Of a stretch of DNA of 32,000 nt, positions 26,563-32,000 are shown piece after piece; position 1 is the stretch's first letter, and each line of letters opens with the position of its first letter. Location: contig JALDRA010000001.1 of assembly GCA_031316235.1 (NCBI GenBank), forward strand, positions 2,730,001-2,762,000, in the 5' to 3' direction. Below the pieces are notes generated by a model, which ran no database searches, was not told the DNA's origin, and saw only the letters and a list, made by a program, of their open reading frames with translations. The translations under genes were made by a program, and so were the position numbers. The stretch comes from Candidatus Scalindua sp. (GTDB lineage Bacteria; Planctomycetota; Brocadiia; Brocadiales; Scalinduaceae).

Positions 26563-27165
26563 ATGCGACAAAATAAGATAAACATACTTGTTATTGATGA
26601 TGAAAAAGATGTGTGTGAAACGTTAAAAAAACCTCTTACAGATAGCGGTTATAATGTTAATATCGTAACAAAACCTAAAAGAACACTGCAGGAGCTGAAG
26701 AAGAGACCATACCACCTCATTATCCTCAACTTCAAGATGCTGGAAATGAAAGGTGAGGACCTGTTAAGTGAAATGAGAAAAATTAATTCTGATATAGTGA
26801 TCATTATCTTAACAGCTGATCCGTCTTTACATTCTGCAGTGAAAACGTTAAAGGATAATACCTTTGATTACATCAAGAAACCATTTAAGATTGCTGAACT
26901 TAAAGAGATAGTAAGAAAAGCTTTGAGATCAAAGATGGTACTGCGGAAACCAGAGGAAGAATTGAATTTGAAAATAGGATCAAAGTTAAGAGGGTTAAGA
27001 AAAGAACGGAGGCTTACTTTGAAGCAACTTGCAGAAAGAGCAGGGATATCTGTGAGTCTCATTTCACAGATAGAACGTGCAGAAAGCGCTGCCTCTATTT
27101 CAACTTTAAATAAGATTGTGAATATTCTGAATATCAGACTGAGGGATATTTTCAAGGAGATTTAG
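26563..27165 (+). CDS. Atypical response regulator: receiver domain (Asn at the phospho-acceptor position) fused to an XRE/Cro-C1-type HTH
   Basis: Receiver motifs ILVIDDE, LTAD and KKPF are present, but HLIILNFKMLEMKG has Asn (codon AAC, 26728-26730) where Asp is expected. The C-terminal IGSKLRGLRKERRLTLKQLAERAGISVSLISQIERAES is a classic HTH_XRE. The ATG at 26563 is preferred over the listed TTG at 26548. Confidence 0.8.
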   Translation: MRQNKINILVIDDEKDVCETLKKPLTDSGYNVNIVTKPKRTLQELKKRPYHLIILNFKMLEMKGEDLLSEMRKINSDIVIIILTADPSLHSAVKTLKDNTFDYIKKPFKIAELKEIVRKALRSKMVLRKPEEELNLKIGSKLRGLRKERRLTLKQLAERAGISVSLISQIERAESAASISTLNKIVNILNIRLRDIFKEI

Positions 27166-27239
27166 GCAAGGTATACCAGTCGAGAATTAACAATAGAGAA
27201 TTCTCGATACACACAAATATGATATGTCATAATACTTTT

Positions 27240-27362
27240 ATGACAGAGTTTACCCTGTCACAAGCAGAATTATCTAAGCTGAAAGCGGCACACAGAGCAG
27301 CTAAGAAAAAGCGAGAAGCAGACCACATAAAAACGATTATCTTTCTGGGTACCGAATGGACA
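27240..27362 (+). pseudogene. Probable N-terminal fragment of an IS630-family transposase (relic)
   Basis: MTEFTLSQAELSKLKAAHRAAKKKREADHIKTIIFLGTEWT resembles the N-terminal HTH region of IS630-type transposases (LS..E...L......K..READRI..ILL...GW). The frame then diverges and stops at 27431. No DDE domain follows. Confidence 0.35.
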
Positions 27363-27498
27363 TTCCGTGAGCATGTAAATCTTTTTTCAGGCAGAGTAAA
27401 AAATATAAGGAAGATATTTCCTCTTTCTTAGAAGTAGAGTAGGTCTTTCTATTTTATCATTATTGCTTATCCCTTTCATTACCCTTTGAGTCACACCA

Positions 27499-28002
27499 TC
27501 ATTGCGGGTTCTCTTTTTTTGTGGCAGCGCAATTTTCCTTTCTTGGAGTTAAACCTCTGAACATTTTCGCCAGTATGCCATCAATTGAAAATTTACCTCC
27601 ACCTCTGACAATAAGCGCTACTGCGAGTGCAATAGCAAGTAAGTGGTACTCATATCCCTCGCCCTTCTGCTTGCCGAACCAGTTCATAAAAAACCCGTGT
27701 GGAAGATGAACCATGAATATTGCAACAATCATGTTCGTTGCAATGCCTAAAGCCGCTATTCTTGTAAAAAATCCTGTGATAAGGGCAACCGCTCCGATTG
27801 ATTCGGCCATGATTGCGAGGAATGCCAAAAGAACAGGAATCCCCATTTTTTCAGTAAAGAAACCCATTGTCTCGCTAAAACCGCTGCCTTCAAACCATCC
27901 CAGTAATTTCTGGGCACCGTGAGGGAAAAAAACTATTCCCAATGAAACTCTCATAATAAGGCTCGATATATCATCATCTGTTTTCAGTAATTTATTGAAC
28001 AC
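27499..28002 (-). CDS. DoxX family membrane protein
   Basis: 167 aa with four TM helices. DoxX-type motifs are GIVFFPHGAQKLLGWF and VHLPHGFF ... GYEYHLLAIALAVALIVRGGGKFSID. A GTG start at 28002 follows AAGGAG (28009-28014) at 6-nt spacing. Confidence 0.85.
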   Translation of the reverse strand: MFNKLLKTDDDISSLIMRVSLGIVFFPHGAQKLLGWFEGSGFSETMGFFTEKMGIPVLLAFLAIMAESIGAVALITGFFTRIAALGIATNMIVAIFMVHLPHGFFMNWFGKQKGEGYEYHLLAIALAVALIVRGGGKFSIDGILAKMFRGLTPRKENCAATKKENPQ

Positions 28003-28099
28003 TTTTGACTCCTTTCATATGTGGTATGATGCTTTTTACACAATGAATAGCGGCACGTACCATAAACGGTATTTTATGAAGTAAATTATTTCATTACTT

Positions 28100-28146
28100 C
28101 CTCTTGTCTCGAATTTTATCAGAAAACCATTATAAGATGAGTATAA
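28100..28146 (+). repeat. Copy C of the dispersed repeat (module 2 only, inner hairpin deleted)
   Basis: CTCGAATTTTATCAGAAAACCATTATAAGATGAGTATA aligns with module 2 of copies A and B but lacks the TCGGAT/ATCCGA inner stem. It ends in the shared GAGTATA terminus (28139-28145). Confidence 0.65.
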
Positions 28147-28182
28147 ATCAAAAATAGACGGTCTGGATCTCTCAAAAACCGG

Positions 28183-28749
28183 TTAAATATCCTTTCCTAT
28201 TGAGAATGCCTTACCGAGATTTTTTCCAACACCGTAGTAGCTTCTTGTCCCGGGGGAATAGAAGACAGGTTTTATCTTTTCAATGTCGGGGTCATCACCA
28301 TTCTCAAGTACAGATTCTTCGGCCTTCACATCCACAATTTCACCTATAAACTGGGTGTGTAATCCTATTTCAATAGTGTGGAGAAGTTTGCATTCAATGA
28401 TAAAGGGGAATTCTGAAATATAGGGAGCATCGACCTTGTCGCTTTTGGTCGGGGTGAGTCCCGTCCTGGAAAATTTATCTTCGTCTGTTCCGGAGACTAT
28501 TCCAAAATAATCTGCTTCCTTACTGTAGGTTTCTGATGGGATGTTTATGGTAAATGACTTCCGTTCAACAATATTCTTGTAGGATTGTCTACTCTTTCTA
28601 AGCGAAATACATACACAGGGCGGCTTTGAACAACAAATTCCTCCCCACGCGACATTCATCGCGTTCGCCTTGCCGGATGTGTCATATGTGCCTACAATAA
28701 AAGTCGGTGTCGGAAAGGCTATGGTTTTCGGACCTAAAGATTTTTTCAT
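28183..28749 (-). CDS. Flavin reductase-like (FMN-binding split-barrel) family protein
   Basis: 188 aa. The N-terminus [65 protein letters not shown] fits the flavin reductase-like domain pattern. Confidence 0.75.
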   Translation of the reverse strand: MKKSLGPKTIAFPTPTFIVGTYDTSGKANAMNVAWGGICCSKPPCVCISLRKSRQSYKNIVERKSFTINIPSETYSKEADYFGIVSGTDEDKFSRTGLTPTKSDKVDAPYISEFPFIIECKLLHTIEIGLHTQFIGEIVDVKAEESVLENGDDPDIEKIKPVFYSPGTRSYYGVGKNLGKAFSIGKDI

Positions 28750-28791
28750 AATTGAGCTCCTTGGAATAGATAAATGAATAAGAAAACTGGA

Positions 28792-29850
28792 TTATTTAAT
28801 GAGAATCTTCTCGTTGTACTTTCTCCATACGTCCTGCAACAGGTCATGGTTCTGTTGAATGATGATTAACCAAGAGTTCATCCTTTCTGCATTGGACCTG
28901 TCTTCCCAGTGAAGAAAGAGATCCGAAGCGTTGCCAAGCGGAATTCTTTTGTCTTCAGGATGGATCTCAAAGGTAAATGAAACGAGTTCCGTGCTGAGTG
29001 CTTTTACTGTTTCCCCTACTATTTCTGTGAGGCCGAATGAACCAAACATTGGATCCAGTGTTTTTCTCCCCCGGTATTCAAAGGGGATTGGTATCTCGCT
29101 CAGGAAACTGATATGATCTGAAACTCCATACTCGCTGACTGTAGAAAGCGGGTGCCCGTCGTGTAGATGGAAATGAAGAGGTTTTTCAAGCTTACCTAAT
29201 GTCTGGATTAACTTCAACACAGCAGGTAGTGCGGTATGGACCGAACTTTCAACGTCTGTGATGACTTCCTTAAGAAATGCATCACTGGGTGAAAGGGTGC
29301 ATACGTCCGTTCCAGGATGGTTGAGGAAAAAGTCCTCTCTTGCCTGCTGTATACCAACATGGCCTATGTCAATACAGGCACTCACCTGTTTAAGATGATG
29401 GATACGGGTAAATAGATCAATAAAGAGCTTCGGTTCTAACCCTACAGCATATTCTATAAAGAGATATGGACTCTCATGAAGCGCCGATAATTGATATTGA
29501 ATTGTTTGCAGTGTTTCGACATAATCACTAAAACAATCAGATATTTCATCCTGGTCGTGGATGACCAGACCGTAAATCTTTCCTGAATATGCTGAAGCAA
29601 AATCCAGGATCAGTCTTCGGCTATCTTCCTCCAGGATATTGATGTTGCGGTGAAGGTGTACGACAACGGGACTTTCTGGAGACGGTATAAAACCAAACAG
29701 CCAGCCAAGTTCATCGAGTGTTTCGGCATAAAACTCGGCTCCTAGTCCTGATTCTTGAAAACGAAGGCTTGCGAGCTGTAAGAGAGCGTCATCTCCTTCA
29801 AACATTTTTTTAAAGAGTGCCATGAGACGCGGATAATCACGGTTATGCAT
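28792..29850 (-). CDS. Hypothetical protein, probably a xylose isomerase-like TIM-barrel (sugar phosphate isomerase/epimerase superfamily)
   Basis: 352 aa. The spaced motifs VVVHLH, LFIEYAVG, CIDIGHVG, LHFHLHDGH and FTFEIH resemble the His/Asp/Glu metal-ligand strands of AP-endonuclease-2/xylose-isomerase-like barrels. Family call is tentative. Confidence 0.45.
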   Translation of the reverse strand: MHNRDYPRLMALFKKMFEGDDALLQLASLRFQESGLGAEFYAETLDELGWLFGFIPSPESPVVVHLHRNINILEEDSRRLILDFASAYSGKIYGLVIHDQDEISDCFSDYVETLQTIQYQLSALHESPYLFIEYAVGLEPKLFIDLFTRIHHLKQVSACIDIGHVGIQQAREDFFLNHPGTDVCTLSPSDAFLKEVITDVESSVHTALPAVLKLIQTLGKLEKPLHFHLHDGHPLSTVSEYGVSDHISFLSEIPIPFEYRGRKTLDPMFGSFGLTEIVGETVKALSTELVSFTFEIHPEDKRIPLGNASDLFLHWEDRSNAERMNSWLIIIQQNHDLLQDVWRKYNEKILIK

Positions 29851-29995
29851 GGATAATTAAGAGTATCAGTAGAGAAGAATGATGTAAATTACGAAACATT
29901 AAAAAGCGCTGTAAAACTCACAAAATCACCGATTGTTGTTAGGGTAATTCTTAAAGGGATATATTATAACAGATAAAATGGTTTTTTTAACGTAA

Positions 29996-30078
29996 ATATA
30001 CTAAAACCGATTTTGTTTTCGGTTTTACCGGAAACCAAATCTTGGTGAAGGTATCTCCGGACAAACCAGGTGCCGGGG
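29996..30078 (+). repeat. Copy D of the dispersed repeat (module 1 plus linker start, no module 2)
   Basis: 29996-30054 matches 3342-3400 with 4 mismatches in 59 nt and no indels. It continues CTCCGGACAAACC, as the linker in copy B does. It contains the 8-bp stem TCGGTTTT/AAAACCGA (30004-30011 / 30020-30027 region). Confidence 0.85.
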
Positions 30079-30096
30079 ACGGGTGAGAACGGCAAG

Positions 30097-32000
30097 TTAT
30101 TTTTTGCTGGGCCGAAGGGTCATGATGCCCTGCTGCATACGGGTTTGGACGAGGTATACATCATCTCCAACAATAGCTCCCTCAATGTCCTGGGGCTTCC
30201 CAAAGGACTCCTCTACGAGTTGTCCTATAGCGGTCAAACGATTTCCAAGCAGACGATGGATATCGGTATTTGTGGAGAGTGGAACCATCGAATAGTCAGT
30301 TCTTTTACGACATACGCCATCTGTGTGATCAGGTACGATAGCAAAACTGAAATTGGCAAACGCAAGCATCTGAACAGTAAGCGTTTTTTTATTGCAGATC
30401 ATTCTGTAGGGTGTACCCTTTATTACACCGGAAGCCAGTGACTCTCCCAGACCCACCGCAAGTTCAATGTAGACTTCATCCCGGTTTTGCGTTATAGGGT
30501 TTACTGTATGCATAATGAACGAAAAATCCGGGGTGAGCATCTGCTGGATGATCAGTGCCATATGCACCTTGTCATGGGGTATGCGGTAGGACTTCAAGCT
30601 TGATACTGCACGCTTTGACCAGAGAGATGCCCAGACATGACGAATGGAGATAGCGATTTTCGTGAGCGGGACATTAGCAATGGAGTCAAAGAGTCCGGCA
30701 CCAGACATCTCCACTGTATCTTCGCAGTTTGAGCTGGAACGGACGATAACTCTTCCATGCTCTGGGAACCTGTTCTTAATGCCATCGATAATCTTATTAT
30801 GGACAGTGATCTGGCTGAGTATTTTCCGGAGCCGCGCCGATAGAGTGATGATGTCGGATGACAGCCTGCTTACTGTATCTAATAAACTCTGGTACTCATG
30901 TCCAAGTATTGGAGAGATGCGGAGTGACTCCTCCATAACACCAAAGGGGATTACAAGACTGGATGGTGTCTTAAACGCTGATCTGTGGCGAGATGACAGC
31001 TCTTCAAGAAGTTTTGCCCCGTTTGCCTTTGCTCCGCCATTTGCGCTGTTTACCTGATCCATCGAGAGGCATCGTTGTTCGAGTATTACGTGAGTCTCAG
31101 GGAGAGAGAATTGCCCGGAGTCCGTACACTCGATTTGGTCTGTTTTGACACTCTTACCGGCTTCACAGTGTACGTCTTCAGCGGTTATTGTACAGTTGAT
31201 CTGCTGTCGAGTTAAAGGGTCAAGCGCTCTAAAAGTTCCTTCATCTTCACAGGTAGCGAATATTACCCCGTCCTGTCGCGCCCTGACTCCGAGATGTGAG
31301 AGATGTGGAAGTTGGTGACCGAGAAGGATCCCGGAGACATTCTCGGGAATGATCTCATCTCCCTCAGCCCTTTTGGCTAGGAGTATAACACCTTCCTGTT
31401 TCTCGATTATTACATCATCCAGAGAGTCAACTGGAATAAGAAGTCCTGCTGCATTACCCGTAACAATAGCGTCCCAGGAAGAGAGGCCTGCAGATTTCCT
31501 GATCTGTTTCAGGAGGAAAGAGACAAGTTTTGAAAACTGAAAAAAGGTATTTCCCCGGATATCTCCCTCACAAAAAAACTGTATAGCCTGCTCCCTTACA
31601 CCGAGTAGTCTACCCAATGTTTCGACTCGTGTATGGTAGTGGTTTAATACCCGGTCAGTATAATCTTCACAGAGGCGTCTGCACCTCTCAAGGGTGGCCC
31701 TTAAGCGAAGCATCTGTATTTGAGTAGGCATGAAAGAGTCTTTCCAGGCGGCTAATTCTGATTGGATGATCTCGCACTCTTCAGTTTCGCTGGTGGTCAT
31801 GGTGAGGTTGATTACCGTCAATAAGAGTGTTTCCAGGATCGGCGTCCAGTCAATATCTTTCTCCCCTCTGTTTTCTAGTATATTCAGGAATTCGCTTAAG
31901 AGGAGAAAAAGGAAATCTTCAAGTCTTATGTCTGCCAGCCTGAATTGTTGTGCCTCGGCACCGGGTGCATCATTTGCTTTTCTCAGTAAAATGTTTCTTA
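30097..32000 (-). CDS. Alpha-glucan water dikinase (GWD)-like protein, partial (N-terminus lies beyond the window)
   Basis: I checked the frame codon by codon, and it stays open from the listed TTG at 31821 to base 32000. The phosphohistidine motif LPHLSHLGVRARQDGVIFATCED (His codon 31294-31296) matches the plant GWD LSHVSVRARN type. The C-terminal PPDK_N-like ATP-grasp domain contains GGAKANGAKLLE, and the protein ends YLVQTRMQ (plant GWD ends VVQTRPQM). Confidence 0.75.
   Translation of the reverse strand, partial: RNILLRKANDAPGAEAQQFRLADIRLEDFLFLLLSEFLNILENRGEKDIDWTPILETLLLTVINLTMTTSETEECEIIQSELAAWKDSFMPTQIQMLRLRATLERCRRLCEDYTDRVLNHYHTRVETLGRLLGVREQAIQFFCEGDIRGNTFFQFSKLVSFLLKQIRKSAGLSSWDAIVTGNAAGLLIPVDSLDDVIIEKQEGVILLAKRAEGDEIIPENVSGILLGHQLPHLSHLGVRARQDGVIFATCEDEGTFRALDPLTRQQINCTITAEDVHCEAGKSVKTDQIECTDSGQFSLPETHVILEQRCLSMDQVNSANGGAKANGAKLLEELSSRHRSAFKTPSSLVIPFGVMEESLRISPILGHEYQSLLDTVSRLSSDIITLSARLRKILSQITVHNKIIDGIKNRFPEHGRVIVRSSSNCEDTVEMSGAGLFDSIANVPLTKIAISIRHVWASLWSKRAVSSLKSYRIPHDKVHMALIIQQMLTPDFSFIMHTVNPITQNRDEVYIELAVGLGESLASGVIKGTPYRMICNKKTLTVQMLAFANFSFAIVPDHTDGVCRKRTDYSMVPLSTNTDIHRLLGNRLTAIGQLVEESFGKPQDIEGAIVGDDVYLVQTRMQQGIMTLRPSKK

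Noticed and set aside
1-32000. Scan for CRISPR arrays, tRNA/rRNA genes, integrases, toxin-antitoxin pairs and known defence genes
   Set aside because: No regularly spaced direct repeats, no tRNA-like cloverleaf candidates (for example no GGTTCGAATCC-type T-arm outside coding sequence), no rRNA-like stretches, and no integrase, nuclease or toxin motifs were recognised.

Overview
This is a moderately AT-rich bacterial chromosomal window with about 27 credible CDS and no rRNA, tRNA or CRISPR array that I can see. All calls come from motif recognition by eye; no searches were run.

Gene content (DapL-type lysine pathway, DUF1573 protein, c554-type multihaem cytochrome, lipoprotein beta-propeller) is what I would expect from a Planctomycetota or anammox-like genome. 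That is a guess.

Main gene groups:
- Glycogen block: a GH13 enzyme (+), then glgA, glgB and glgC (-), with a PAS-GAF histidine kinase and a CheY-like regulator upstream.
- Plant-type alpha-glucan water dikinase homologue at the right edge (partial).
- Housekeeping genes: argS, trpS, dapL, a type I-beta DAHP synthase, a rhomboid protease, and PNPOx-family, DoxX and flavin reductase proteins.
- A DUF1573 protein followed by a gene fusing a degenerate metallophosphoesterase-like domain to a tetrahaem cytochrome.
- An accessory-looking stretch (22.9-27.5 kb) with an HTH / ExeA-MshM-like AAA ATPase / TPR operon, two apparent transposase relics, and a receiver-XRE regulator whose phospho-acceptor Asp is Asn.

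The most unusual signal is non-coding. A dispersed, modular, hairpin-forming repeat family of about 115 bp has inverted termini. It has four clear copies (3342-3456, 26341-26455, 28100-28146, 29996-30078) and one diverged inverted copy (18366-18422). All are intergenic, and each points the same way as the gene downstream of it.
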